Below, piece by piece: positions 43,176-56,312 of a stretch of DNA of 64,000 bases. This DNA comes from Eledone cirrhosa. Its lineage: Eukaryota. Position 1 is the first letter of the stretch. The number at the start of each line of letters is the position of its first letter. The translations under genes were made by a program, and so were the position numbers. The notes beneath the pieces were generated by a model, which did no database searches, was not told the DNA's origin, and saw nothing but the letters and a program-made list of their open reading frames with translations. The stretch spans positions 20,150,001-20,214,000 of the forward strand of contig OZ024753.1 in NCBI GenBank assembly GCA_964016885.1, written 5' to 3'.

Positions 43176-44080
43176 TGAAGTATTATTGGTACAAGGTATA
43201 TAGACTAATTTGTTTTTGTGGCCGCTTCTAGCTAAAGCTTCGTTATAAAAGGTTGCATATTTATCGAATACATCCTGGTTAGATGAAAGGTTAGAAATTC
43301 TGAGTGAGATATTATATGCTAGGTTTTTAAGGATAGATCTAGGGTGATTGGATTGTGAGTGTATGTAATGTAAGTTGTGGTTAAGTTTATGGTAAGGTTG
43401 GTAGATACCCATAGATATGTCTAAAGTTATATCAAGGAAATTAACTACTTTACTGGTGTTTTCAAATGTAATAGTGAGACTATAATAGTCTTTGAGGAAA
43501 GTTGTAATAAGTTTTTTATATTTTCAATTTCTGATAGGCTAAGGTTAGTGGAAAGAAGAAGACAGTCATCACGATATAAAGCACCTTTAAGGTTGGGAAA
43601 AGAAGCATTTATGTTAAATAAAAGAAAGAGGCCCACAAGATCGGTAATTTGGGCCGAATCACTAGAGCCCATAGTAATGTCAAATAGATTACTATATGTA
43701 TTTCTGGTCCAGTATTCCTTCTGAAATTCCAGTAGTGTTTGTCTAGCGTGCGTGATAATATCAATGTCATCCATAGTTAAGTTTGATCTATTTTTGGCAA
43801 ATATCAAGGCTTTGTTCAGGAGTATGGGTGATATAGAGGGATAATAAGCATCTATATCGAATTGTAGAAATGAAGCAGATGATTTATTTCTAATATTGGT
43901 AAACCAGTTAATTACCTGGGATGTGTTTTCCCAGCGTGGTAAATTAACATGTTTTCTTAATTGTGGGATGCCTCTGTCTAAATTTTTTTTACTAATGATG
44001 CCAATGTCAGATTTGAAGGGGCGTATAAGTCTTATAGATGGATTAGAGTTAAAGATAAATTTGTGATCTTTCAGGTTATA
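43176..44080 (-). pseudogene. Second Naiad-like PLE reverse transcriptase fragment
   Basis: KDHK, RLI.PFKSDIG, QFDIDAYYPSI, FDITMGSSDSAQITDLVGL, ALYRDD, SNHP...RISNLSSN...YNEAL; paralogous to 2634-3800. Confidence 0.9.
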
Positions 44081-44428
44081 AATCTAAATTCCTTGTATTT
44101 TAAATAAGATCGGTATTTCTCACTAACACATTTACCCTAAAATGTTATTCTCCTTTGATTTTAACACTAGCATTATTCTTTAATAACATCAAATTTTCGT
44201 GTACCTTTCAACGGCTTGACCTCTTTTCATCCCCAAAGTAATATTTTCATTCAAAGTATTCTTTCCATTCAAAACTTAAGTTTGCATTCCTCTACCCCTA
44301 AATTAAATTTCTACTACTACTATTCTATCAACTTGACCACTTACTACTTTTCTATTGGTCAATTCAAAACCTGTTCCCAAACTGACGTATTATATTAAGT
44401 CTTTGTTGGTTTTTTTCAATAAACAAAT

Positions 44429-44568
44429 ATCATTATTTCTGAAGACAGCATATATACGTGTAGGTATGTATATTTCCTCTGATACTTTGTAAAATTTTAA
44501 CATAGATCTATATGATATACATACCAACACACACATATATATCCTAGAAACGATCGTAAAATGATGAT
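44429..44568 (+). ncRNA. Hammerhead motif with about 100-nt helix II (family F, diverged copy)
   Basis: atcattattt-CTGAAGA-c...a-GAAA-CGATCG-TA-aaatgatgat. Confidence 0.75.
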
Positions 44569-44618
44569 TTTTTTAATATAAGGAACTGTTTCTTTGTTTT
44601 TATTCATTGTTTTTATTA

Positions 44619-44649
<31 letters not shown>

Positions 44650-44652
<3 letters not shown>

Positions 44653-45280
44653 AATTTGTTTTGCTAAGTTTCTTATCTGAAAACGTGTGTTGAAACAGAT
44701 ATTTTTTTACTTTGGGAGGGTCATTTTGCCAATTAAAACACACGCACCTGACGAATTTCACTTCAATTTATTATACGTTTCTGGTTGGTTGGTTGGTTGG
44801 TTAGTTCGATAACCGGAAGGTTGTTTATATATTCTCACAGCTCTTTCGTTACACATTTTGTGACCTGCTCAGTGACTAGGTGTTTATTTTGTGTTTCCTT
44901 TGTTCTGTCCTACACCATCTTGTGTGTTGTGTGCTTAGTTTTCGCATGCGTTACATCCGGGTGGGTGTGTTTTTATTTATTTATGTGTTATTTACTTGTA
45001 ACTAGTTGTTTGTTTGTTCTAACTGTGTGTGTCTCATTTGTTTAATTAGTTTGGTTTTTGTGTGAGTCTGTATGTCTTCATTTTGTCCTTAATTACTAGT
45101 TTTGATGTTGCTATTTTACTCATGTTTTCTGTTTAATTTTGGTTGGAGTTCGTTTATGTTTGTCACCTCTGTGATTTGTCTAAGCATTGCATCTTTTCTG
45201 TGCGTGGGTATAATTTTAATCTCTATGTTCTCTAATGTGCCCATATGTTCTATTTTGGCATGTTGGTGGAGTACTGATGA
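44650..45280 (-). mobile_element. Diverged 3' fragment of the 29100-30925 PLE family
   Basis: Matches 14425-15000 (ttgggagggtcat...; gcatgttggtgga; ctctgtgatttgtctaa). Confidence 0.8.
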
Positions 45281-45444
45281 GTTTTCCAATAATAATTAAC
45301 TCCGTACTCGCACCACCAACTACACAAACGAAGACGGGTGAGCTGCATTACGTTGAGTACTCTCCATAATATTACATCGAGATTGACCAGACGGAATGAC
45401 CAATTCTCTCCAGTGGTAAACCAACAAACTTAAATAAATATATA

Positions 45445-46402
45445 TATATATATATAAGTATGTATACGTACATACATATATGCATACAGACGTACAGTAG
45501 TATGTATATAATATATACATACATGCACACATACATATATGTACGTATGGATTCACCGAACATTTATTATAATGCTCGGTGTGTTTGTAAACAAACATCC
45601 CGTATTAAGCCGTAGTATCTAGCAACCATCGTTGCTCGTTTGTTCAACACTGACAAAGGAACGCTGTACTAGTTTCAAGCTTATTAGCTATCGTCAGCAA
45701 CGTATACCTTCCTGCCAGATGATTGAACGTCTGAAAGTATATGCTTTCCTTATGCATATTAACGGCTGAGCAGCCTAATTTGCATATCGATAAATAAATG
45801 TTCGGTGAATCCATACGTACATATATGTATGTGTGCATGTATGTAAATATATATATACATACTACTGTACGTCTGTATACATATAAGTATGAACGTATAC
45901 ATACTTATATTTAAGTAACAGCCGTACTAAGAGTGAGAAATGAAATTTCGTTTCATTTTTTCCGTTTATCGTTTTCGGTACACCCGGCCGATTAACTCAC
46001 TCGATATGCAAATTAGGCTGCTCAGCCGTTAATATACATAAGGAAAGTATATACTTTCAGACGTTCAATCATCTGGAAGGAAGGTATACGTTGCTGACGA
46101 TAGCTAATAAGCTTGAAACTAGTACATCGTTCCTTTCTCAGTGTTGAACAAATGAGCAACGATGGTTGCTAGACACTGTACGGCTTAATTCTGGCTGTTT
46201 GTTTACAAACACACCGAGCATTATAATAAATGTTCGGTGAATCCATACGTACATATATGTATGTGTGCATGTATATGTATATATATATATACATACTACT
46301 GTACGTCTGTATACATATATGTATGTACGTATACATACTTATATTTAAGTAACCGCCGTACTAAGAATGAGAAATGAAATTTCGTTTCATCTTTTCCGTT
46401 TA
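45445..46402 (+). mobile_element. Family G element: inverted part (to about 45792, HHR 45661-45703 minus) plus about 1.4 direct units (HHR 46088-46130 plus)
   Basis: acgttgCTGACGAtagctaataagcttGAAActagTAcatcgt at 46088. Confidence 0.85.
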
Positions 46403-46627
46403 TATATATATATATAACATCTCCCTATATACATACATACATGTATAGTTAAAGAAATGACTAAAACACAATGATACACAAACACAAAATCTTGTTAGTA
46501 TCACGTTTAGAAGTTATGAGCCTGTCAATGTGTGGGGAGGGGTGAAATAATATCAAATCGATGTGTTTCTTATTTTATACAACTCCATCTATTAAAGTAT
46601 TTAAACATATGTGTAACGTCTCTGTTC

Positions 46628-47853
46628 ATGACAGTATTGACTGTGGCATTATACAGGTTGACACTATTGACTGTGGCATTATACAGGGTGACAGTATTGA
46701 CTGTGGCATTATACAGGGTGACAGTATTGACTGTGGCATTATACAGGTTGACACTATTGACTGTGGCATTATACAGGGTGACAGTATTGACTGTGGCATT
46801 ATACAGGGTGACAGTATTGACTGTGGCATTATACAGGGTGACAGTATTGATTGTGGCATTATACAGGTTGACAGTATTGACTGTGGCATTATACAGGTTG
46901 ACAATATTGATTGTGGCATTTCACAGGTTGACAGTATTGATTGTGGCATTATACAGGTTGACAGTATTGACTGTGGAATTATACAGGTTGACACTATTGA
47001 CTGTGGCATTATACAGGTTGACACTATTGACTTTCGCATTATACAGGTTGACAGTATTGTCTGTGGCATTATACAAGTTGACAGTATTGACTGTGGCATT
47101 ATACAGGTTGACACTATTGACTGTGGCATTATACAGGTTGACACTATTGACTTTCGCATTATACAGGTTGACAGTATTGTCTGTGGCATTATACAAGTTG
47201 ACAGTATTGACTGTGGCATTATACAGGTTGACAGTATTGACTGTGGCATTACACAGGTTGACAGTATTGATTGTGGCATTATACAGGTTGACAGTATTGA
47301 CTGTGGCATTATACAGGATGACAGTATTGACAGTGGTATTATACAGGTTGACAGTATTGATTGTGGCATTATACAGGGTGACAGTATTGACTGTGGCATT
47401 ACACAGGATGACAGTATTGACTGTGGTATTATACAGGTTGACAGTATTGACTGTGGCATTATACAGGGTAACAGTATTGACGGTGGCATTATACAGGGTG
47501 ACAGTATTGACTGTGGCATTATACAGGTTGACAGTATTGACTGTGGCATTATAAAGGGTGACAGCATTGACAGCATGACAGCATTGACAGTGGCATTATA
47601 CAGGGTGACAGCATTGACAGTGGTATTATACAGAGTGACAGCATTGACTGTGGCATTATAAAGGGTGACAGCATTGACAGCATGACAGCATTGACAGCAT
47701 TGACAGGGGTATTATACAGGGTGACAGCATTGACAGCATGACAACATTGATTGTGGCATTATACAGCATGGCAGCATTGACAGTGGCATTATACAGGGTG
47801 ACAGCATTGACAGTGGTACTATACAGAGTGACAGCATTGATTGTGGCATTATA
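46628..47853. repeat. 30-bp minisatellite, consensus TGACAGTATTGACTGTGGCATTATACAGGT
   Basis: Exact 30-bp register visible line by line; degenerates after about 47550. Confidence 0.95.
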
Positions 47854-47949
47854 AGGATGAAAGGCGAAGCTAACCTCGTAAAGGGACGTAACTCTATGTT
47901 GCAAAACAATAAGATACATGTGATATTTTCAACCCTTTACTCATGATGT

Positions 47950-48185
47950 GAAGCCACATGGCTTGATGGTTAGGTTGTTGGACATTCGATGATAATGTCG
48001 GCGTTTCGACTCCTTCAAAGGGTGCTGTGTTCTGTTCTTGAACAAAACACTTTATTTAACGTTGTTTCAGCAGTTACTGGGAAGTTAATCCTGCCATAGA
48101 CTGGCGTTCTGTCCAGGGAGAGTCTTGTAGTTTGTTGCTTAACGTCAAAGATATGCACCGACCTGATGAACATTCGGGTTAAAAT
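47950..48185 (+). mobile_element. Decayed tRNA-derived SINE of a second type; related copy at about 55690-55955
   Basis: tggcttgatggttagg (A-box-like), gtttcgactcc (B-box-like), cttgaacaaaacactttattt, gactggcgttctgtccaggg (resembles the V-type SINE central domain). Confidence 0.5.
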
Positions 48186-48639
48186 ATAGTTAACTTCACC
48201 CCTGGTGGAGTCGTATGAGCACGATTGTGACCAACAGCACCTCTTTTACACTTGGGGGACCCCATTGTTCTTCGAGTCTAAAGTCAGCAGGTTTCTTTCA
48301 CCAAAATATAAAGAGAGTAGGTGAAATAGGAAAGTAATAGATATAGTAGAGGGTGGCGTACGAGAAAATAGCCTTGGTTCCCTAGCATCGTATTGACCTC
48401 TTTGAACTTTAAGTAATTCTTTGGCGAATGTCCTGAATCACTTCCGGCGTTCGAACTCTAGAGTCTCTTTGTTTCAGGGCGTTTTTCACTGACCCCGTAG
48501 CTGGCTACTTCTTAACCAACATTTGTATCGTTCTCTTTGCTGGTAAGCCTTTACCCGGAAACCTGACTTCAAATATTTCACGCCATCTTTGTTTAGCAGT
48601 TACAAGCGGTGGAACTGAATCATTGAACTGAACTTACTT

Positions 48640-49280
48640 GCGTGTGTATGGGGTTGAGGTTGACCCAATTTTTCCAATTTACATCGTCAAATTGACATTT
48701 GACCAATATTAAATTTGTTGTTTTGTAAACTAACTTTCGGTGAATACTATGTTGGTATATTGTATTTTCATTTCTTCTTTAACGCCGTGTAGGTGTGTGT
48801 GAGTGTGTGTGTGTACTCACTCACACTAACTGTGACCGTCTATAGTTCTACAGATATGAAACTGTGTTGGTATGTGTATATATATATTTTTTTCTTTGAC
48901 CGCGCGTCATCTATGTGTGAGTGTGTGTGTACCCACTCACATTAACTGTGATCGACTGTAATTCTACAGATTTGATTGATGTTCAGCGTCTTTTACAGCT
49001 ATTGGGAGATAAAGACTTGATAGTTTTATGACCCTAACTGAGGTCGATTGCAGTAGCCGTGTTTTGACTGCTTGATCTTTATATGAGGGACTAAACTCTG
49101 TGAGTGAACACCGTTAATTTTCTCCCTCATATCAAGAATTTGAAGACAATTCATTTTCACCTGACGAGGGCAGTGATAATCGATCATGGCTACACGATCG
49201 ATCTATCTCTTATTGAAACATGTATCGTGATTAAAATGATTGGAAATTTATACCATACCTTAGGATCTTTATTTTGATAT
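48640..49280 (+). mobile_element. Family D repeat with HHR-like motif at 49157-49230
   Basis: Colinear with 11240-11871; tcac-CTGACGA...GAAA-catgta-TC-gtga. Confidence 0.7.
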
Positions 49281-49366
49281 ATATATATATATATATATAT
49301 ATAGTGGTGGAACACTAGAAGGTAATATCCGTAGTGGTAGAGCACTCAGTCCAAGGGACGAGTTAG

Positions 49367-49510
49367 ATAGAAGTGGTTACACAACAGTTAGTTCACCATA
49401 CCGAGAACAATTGTTTCACCTTCGCGGATCTTCAGCTCGGGATGAAGATCCGCGAAGGTGAAGCGATTGTTCTCGGTATGGTGAACTAACTGTTGTGTAA
49501 CCACTTCTAT
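49367..49510. repeat. Hairpin (68-bp arms, 8-nt spacer) containing HHR family I
   Basis: Arms 49367-49434 / 49443-49510. Confidence 0.85.
49401..49440 (-). ncRNA. Minimal hammerhead motif (family I)
   Basis: ccgag-CTGAAGA-t-cc-gcgaa-gg-t-GAAA-CAATTG-TT-ctcgg. Confidence 0.7.
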
Positions 49511-49858
49511 ATTTATATATATATATATATAGTTATAATAATTACGAAGATCAAAATCCGAAGAGGACTTGATGCCATTGTCCTGTGCTTCTATCGTTTC
49601 TATCGGTATGTTTTCTTTTTTTTCCTTTTCTCTCTTTTTTTTACGCTTTTTCTTTCCTTCTCTCTCTTTGACATCGCTTCTTTCCCTCATGGCTTTTTGA
49701 TAGATAAAAGGCTATGGACGCGCTACGGATAGATGCATTGCCTATAATGCGCTGAAACATCTGTGACCCGTAGTAGACAATTGATGATGGGAAATTGTCC
49801 ATCCATGGTTTGTGACGCCTTATTTTCGTTATCAGTAACCACACAGCCTCATCTCTCT

Positions 49859-50021
<163 letters not shown>

Positions 50022-50962
50022 TGTATATATATAGTGTATTTTGCAATACACTGTATACTTAATTAAAAGCATGTTGAAGACCTTACTCTATTGTTTTAAA
50101 GTTTTGACTATGTCACTTCTTTTCTCACCAAACAAAGGGAGATAAGCTAGAATATCACTGTTTCGTACTGTTGGTTCTCCTCGGAGCTTACCAATCCCTT
50201 TGTCTGGTGATTTAGATTTAGTTAAGTAATCCTTATTGTTGCATAACAAAATGGACAATTAATTAATGCGGAAAACATGTTTTTCTGCAACTGTTAAACT
50301 CATAATTTTCGCCACCTTTTTCTCTATTTATACATTAATGTTGCTGAAACAACTAGTTTCTGCCAATTATCTCGTATCTTCGCATGTATGATGATATTCT
50401 ATTGATATAGTGTGACATATTGTCGTCTGATTAAACAGCCCTGTTTCCGCATTTTAACAACTGGCAGATGGGCAGTTATCAGTGCTTCTTATAGATTCAA
50501 GGATTACAATAGACAAAGGAAGCATTCGTCTCTCAAGCTAACAAAATAACTGACAATCTTACAGTTTGCTATTTAGTTTTTTAGTTTTTATTTTAGTACA
50601 ATATTTCTTGATATGAAAAATAAAGAGAAGCAGACGAATGTGTGTCATTTATATATAAATTGTCGGAATAACACAAACAACAAGACAAAAGAGTCTCCAA
50701 GATATGTATAGTATTGAATACTAACTTTTCTTCTAGAACATACAAACGATTGCTTCAATGAGAATAAAATATGTCAGACAAACAAAGAAATCATATATCA
50801 TCTGTAAGCTACATTTTTGTAATTACTTACTGTATTCTTGTTTACTTCTCCGATACGGAAATCTTAAACTCCTAGTCCACAAGGAATCGATATATTCTTA
50901 AGTGTACAATGCCTTTAGTAAGCGGCCATACAAAACAAATACGTTTGAAAAAGTTACTATTC

Positions 50963-51029
<67 letters not shown>

Positions 51030-51082
51030 ATATATATATTATATATATATATAAATGTATGTGTGTGTGTGTGTGTGTGTAT

Positions 51083-51123
<41 letters not shown>

Positions 51124-51194
51124 ATTTGTATAATTATATACATATATATACATATATGTACATATATATGTGTGTGTGATGTGTGATATGTGTG

Positions 51195-51262
<68 letters not shown>

Positions 51263-51579
51263 TTAGACATTAGAAACAGGCATAAATATATCGAAATAAA
51301 AACATCTCGATTTCGTTGTTCTATAAACGCTAAATGGAAATTAGATGCAAAAATGTCTTGTTCCAGAGCATTCTCAAACGGTAATATTAACGTATGAGTG
51401 TGTTCAGGAATGAAGAGATACTGTGAAGTAGAACTTCCATTATGATTTCAGTTCTATACGTACGCTTCAGTGAAGAATTATAGTTTCAGGAATCTTTCGT
51501 CAATTACGCAACGACTCTTGCAGCAGTCAATGTTTTCAAACCATTCTATATATATTCTGACAAGTAGAGTTGTTTAAAA

Positions 51580-51712
51580 GGCGGCGAATTGGGAGAATTA
51601 GTCGGTGGAATGTCGGATAGAGTTATTTGTTGTATTCGTTCTGGTTCACTGCTCTCTGAGTTCAAATCCCGGTGAGGTCAATAAAGAAGTATCAGTTTAG
51701 TACTGGGGTCGA
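51580..51712 (+). mobile_element. Decayed tRNA-derived SINE
   Basis: ggcggcgaattgg...ctgaGTTCAAATCCcggtgaggtcaa...gtactggggtcgat. Confidence 0.6.
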
Positions 51713-51879
51713 TACTTCCTCTGTATCTCTTTCTCACCTCCTCTCTCTCACTCGCTATCATTCTGTGGGAGAAATCTGTTGTATTCAGACCTGGAGAGGG
51801 ACAAGCTGCACCAGACTTAACATGTCATATCGCCGTATATGGGGCCACTACCACTCTATCAGGAGTTACAGGACCACAC

Positions 51880-52700
51880 AATACTATGCTATACCATACT
51901 ATACCACACTATACCATACTATACTATACTACACTATATTATACCTTACTATACTATACTATTCTAAACTATGCCATACTATACCATACTATACCATACC
52001 ATAATATACTATAATATACCATACTATACTAAACTATACCATACTATACCATACTATACCACACTATATCATACTATACTATACTATACCCTACTATATC
52101 ATACTATACTATAATAAACTATAACATACTATACTATAATATACCATACTATACCATACCATAATATAATATAATATACCATACTATACTAAACTATACC
52201 ATACTATACCACAATATACCATACAAAACTATACAATACTATATCATACTATACCATACTACACTAAACTATACTATACTAAATTATACCATACTATACT
52301 ATAATATAACATACTACACTATATTATACTATACCATACTACACTATACTATACCATACTACACTATACTATACTATACTATACTATACTATACCACACT
52401 ATACTAAACTATACCATACTGTACCATACTATATCATACTATATCATACTATACCATACTATATTATAATATACCATACTATACTAAACTATACCATACT
52501 ATACTATACGATACTAAACTATACTATACCACACTATACTATACCACGCTATACTAAACTTTGCCATACTATACCATACTATACCATACAATACTATACT
52601 ATACTATACTATACCATACTACATCATACTATACCATACTATATTATAATATACCATACTATACTAAACTATACTAAACTATACCATACTATACTAAACT
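51880..52700. repeat. (ATACT/ATACC)n pentanucleotide array
   Basis: Direct inspection. Confidence 0.92.
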
Positions 52701-52702
52701 AA

Positions 52703-53738
52703 ACACCAGACACATATTTAATGTGTTAATAACAGACCAAACACACCTTTTACTGTCTTAACACAGACAACACCAATTCACCTTTACTGTGTTAACACAG
52801 ATAACACCAAACACATATCTAATGTGTTAACACAGACAACACACCTTTACTGTGTTAACACAGACAACACCAAACACACCTTTACTGTGTTGACACAGAC
52901 AACACCAAACACACATTTAATGTGTTAATACAGCCAACACGAAACACACCTTTACTTTGTTGGCACAGACAACACGAAACACACCTTTACTGTGTTGGCA
53001 CAGACAACACCAAACACACCTTTACTGTGTTGACACAGACAACACCAAACACACGTTTACTGTGTTGACACAGACAACACCAAACACACGTTTACTGTGT
53101 TGACACAGACAACACCAAACACACCTTTACTGTGTTGACACAGACAACACCAAACACACCTTTACTGTGTTGACCCAGACAACACCAAACACACCTTTAC
53201 TGTGTTGACACAGACAACACCAAACACACGTTTACTGTGTTGACACAGCCAACACCAAACACACGTTTACTGTGTTGACACAGACAACACCAAACACACC
53301 TTTACTGTGTTGACACAGACAACACCAAACACACCTTTACTGTGTTGACCCAGACAACACCAAACACACCTTTACTGTGTTGACACAGACAACACCAAAC
53401 ACACGTTTACTGTGTTGACACAGCCAACACCAACACATCTCTAATGTGTTAACACAGCCAACACCCACACACCTTTAATGTGTTAACACAGACAACACCA
53501 AACACACGTTTACTGTGTTAACACAGACAACACATTTCTAATGTGTTAACGCAACCAACACCCACACACATTTAATGTGTTAACACAGCCAACACCCACA
53601 CACCTTTACTGTGTTAACACAGCCAACACCCACACACCTTTAATGTGTTAAAACAGACAACACCAAACACACATTTACTGTGTAAACACAGCCAACACCC
53701 ACACACCTTTACTGTGTTAACACAGCCAACACCCACAC
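52703..53738. repeat. 35-bp minisatellite, consensus CAGACAACACCAAACACACCTTTACTGTGTTGACA
   Basis: Period 35 (53001, 53036, ...). Confidence 0.92.
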
Positions 53739-54129
53739 CTCGCTATGAAACCCAACCAATATGAAGTTATTACTTCTAGTCAGTATTCAAAGACAGAAAA
53801 AGAGCAATTCTGTTCAATTAGTCATAAATTTCTGAAATCAATTAAATATTAATATTCACGAAATATAACTGATCTTATTAGTTCCCGCAGGCGTCTGCTG
53901 ATAATCAATATTCAGTTACTTGTCTCTTTTGTTTTGTGTGTTATTGTTTTATCAGCTATCCCTTTAGGAACGTTGTTTTTTATAAATTTAAAAATTTAAA
54001 GCGGAGAATTGTCTAATATATATTTTATGATATCTAAACACTGAAAGTTAGTTTCAAATGGTGAAAGGAGATAAGCATAAAATACCATTTACATACTATT
54101 CTTACACAATATTGTTATACACTAATTAT

Positions 54130-54860
54130 TTCTTCTTCTTCTTCTTCTTCTTCTTCTTCTTCTTCTTCTTCTTCTTCTTCTTCTTCTTCTTCTTCTTCTT
54201 CGCCCCATTATTCCTGAGAGGGTGGTGGAGACAGAGTCCTCAAACACTCCTTCCAGCAGGTCCTGTCAGAAGCAACTCTCTCCAAATCTTCCGACTGGAT
54301 CCCCAAGCGAGACCAGCCAAGCTCGTGAATGTTATCCAACCATCTTGCTCGATGTTTGTCCCTGGGTTTTTGCTAGTTGGGTTTGCCTCTAAAATCTCTC
54401 TCTCCAGTGATTCTTTCCTGACCATAGTATGGGAGCTGTGAAGTAAGGCTCTACCTGGAGTGACTCTCTGTTCTCTGAGCTACGCATTTTATCGAGTAAT
54501 GTTACTCCAAAGACCCTTCAGTCACTTGCATTGGCGATCGTATTCTTTCGGTCATTACTCAACATTCATGACCATATGTAAAGGTTGGCACATATGCTGA
54601 ATTGAAGATAACTAGTTTGGTTTTTACACCTACCTCCCTTCTTCTCATTACTGAATGCGGAAGCTAACGCATTACGGCACGAGCTTTAGTAATTCTTGCA
54701 CTTAATTCAGCCTCTTGCTTTCCATCACTCGTGAATACGTTCCTGAGATACCTGAACTTCTCTATCTGCTTCAGTGAAATTCGATTTCCATGTAGAGTGC
54801 AATGAGCAGGCATCCTTTAGAGGACGAGCGTCTCAATTTCCACAACACTGATTTTCATTA
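54130..54860 (-). mobile_element. Decayed RTE-like LINE 3' end with (GAA)n tail
   Basis: Minus-strand translation LKQIEKFRYL..VFTSDGKQEAELSARITKA...KTKLVIFNS.YVPTFTYGHEC with stops; (TTC)n at 54130-54200. Confidence 0.75.
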
Positions 54861-54959
54861 TTCGGGCAATTTTATACATTTGAATGTTTGTTTTTTTAAA
54901 TCTTATTTACACCTTATTATTAAACCTTAAAGATTTTATACTTTATATAAGCCTTAATA

Positions 54960-55150
54960 TATAACTGTTTCTACTTTTGGCACAAGGCCAGCAATTACCC
55001 AGTGCATTACTGGTACTTTATTTTATCGACCCCGTAAGGATGAATGGCAAAGTCAACCTCGGCGGGATTTGAACTCAGATCGTAAAGGGACGTAACTATG
55101 CTGGAAAGCATGGTGTCCGACTCTCTACCGACACTGCCAATCCACCGCCT
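54960..55150 (-). mobile_element. Full-length tRNA-derived SINE (family of 7239-7439)
   Basis: Minus strand TGGCAGTGTCGG A box and GAGTTCAAATCC B box. Confidence 0.82.
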
Positions 55151-55164
55151 TAATATATAACGAA

Positions 55165-55270
55165 TTCTGATTACAAATCCCGCTGGGGTTAGGTTTGGCT
55201 TTCATCCTTGCGGGGTCAATGAAATAAAGTACCAGTTATGTACTCATGTCGATTAAATCGATTTACCCCC
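55165..55270 (+). mobile_element. SINE 3' half, opposite orientation to 54960-55150
   Basis: caaatcccgc...gctttcatccttgcggggtc.atgaaataaagtaccag. Confidence 0.6.
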
Positions 55271-56312
55271 CCCCCCCCACATTGCTGTTCTTGCGCCTAA
55301 ATCAGAAAGAAATCATATATACCTATGTATGTTATGTTGTTGCTGTTGTAGCTGTTGGCCTTGTGTTTAATTACGACACCATTATAATAAAGTACGGTTA
55401 TGTGTTTGCTGTTGTTGTTTAGTCCTTGAGAAGCTATGATCAAGACTATCTCGAATACAATCATATTCCGTGTTGTAGCTTCAGACATACTACATCTGAG
55501 ACAACATCCAATAAACTACACCATACATTTTTAAGAAGGTATGTGTTTATATTTAAGGATGATTTGGTTGCTATTTTTAATAGGCCAAAGAAAACCATAG
55601 GAGATACGAACTTGACACTAGTACTAAGTACTTGTAGTAATTAGGTGGTAATTTGTCAAATTGAAACAATGCCTGTCTACTGGTAGTGGTAGGAGTGTTG
55701 TACGATTATAATAGCATCGACTCGATAACTGGACTGGGTTATGTGATGCGTTCGTAAGCAAAATACTTTATTTCAGGTTGCTCCAGTACCCACAGCTGAA
55801 AATCAGTACCAGAAATAGCTGAAGGCTTAACCCAATAATGGACTGGCGTCTTCTTCAGGCTGGAGGGGATATTTTACTAGGAGTCACTTAATGCCACGGA
55901 AACCGGGATAAGCGCTGGCATGATGAGACTATGAGATCGAGACAGACTTTAGACTACTGGGAGAGATATAAGGTTTGTATCCAATGTATATTACACGAGA
56001 TATTCCATTACTATTATCTCTGATTGAAATTGGCAGAAATGCCAGAGGCATTTGTTACTCCGCCTTCAGATTTTAAACCCTGCAGAGTCATCCTTTCGGA
56101 ATCAATCAATAAAGTATCGACGAGAGGCAATGGTGTGGTGACAATTGTAGAGCATTGGACATGCTACCTTGAACTTTCGTTTTTTACTTTACAAATTCTG
56201 AGTACAACTACGATGTTGCATCTGCCTAATTGTATCGGCTCTAAAAGTTCGTGGTATGATTATTTTGTCAAAGGTTGCTTCCATTGACTACGGCGTTCTG
56301 GTTCCCAAATTG

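Noticed and set aside
46532-47661. 316-366-aa repeat ORFs (DSIDCGIIQV / LTVLTVALYR / MPQSILSTCI)
   Set aside because: A 30-bp unit is open in three frames on both strands simply because it lacks stops. Variation is not concentrated at third codon positions.
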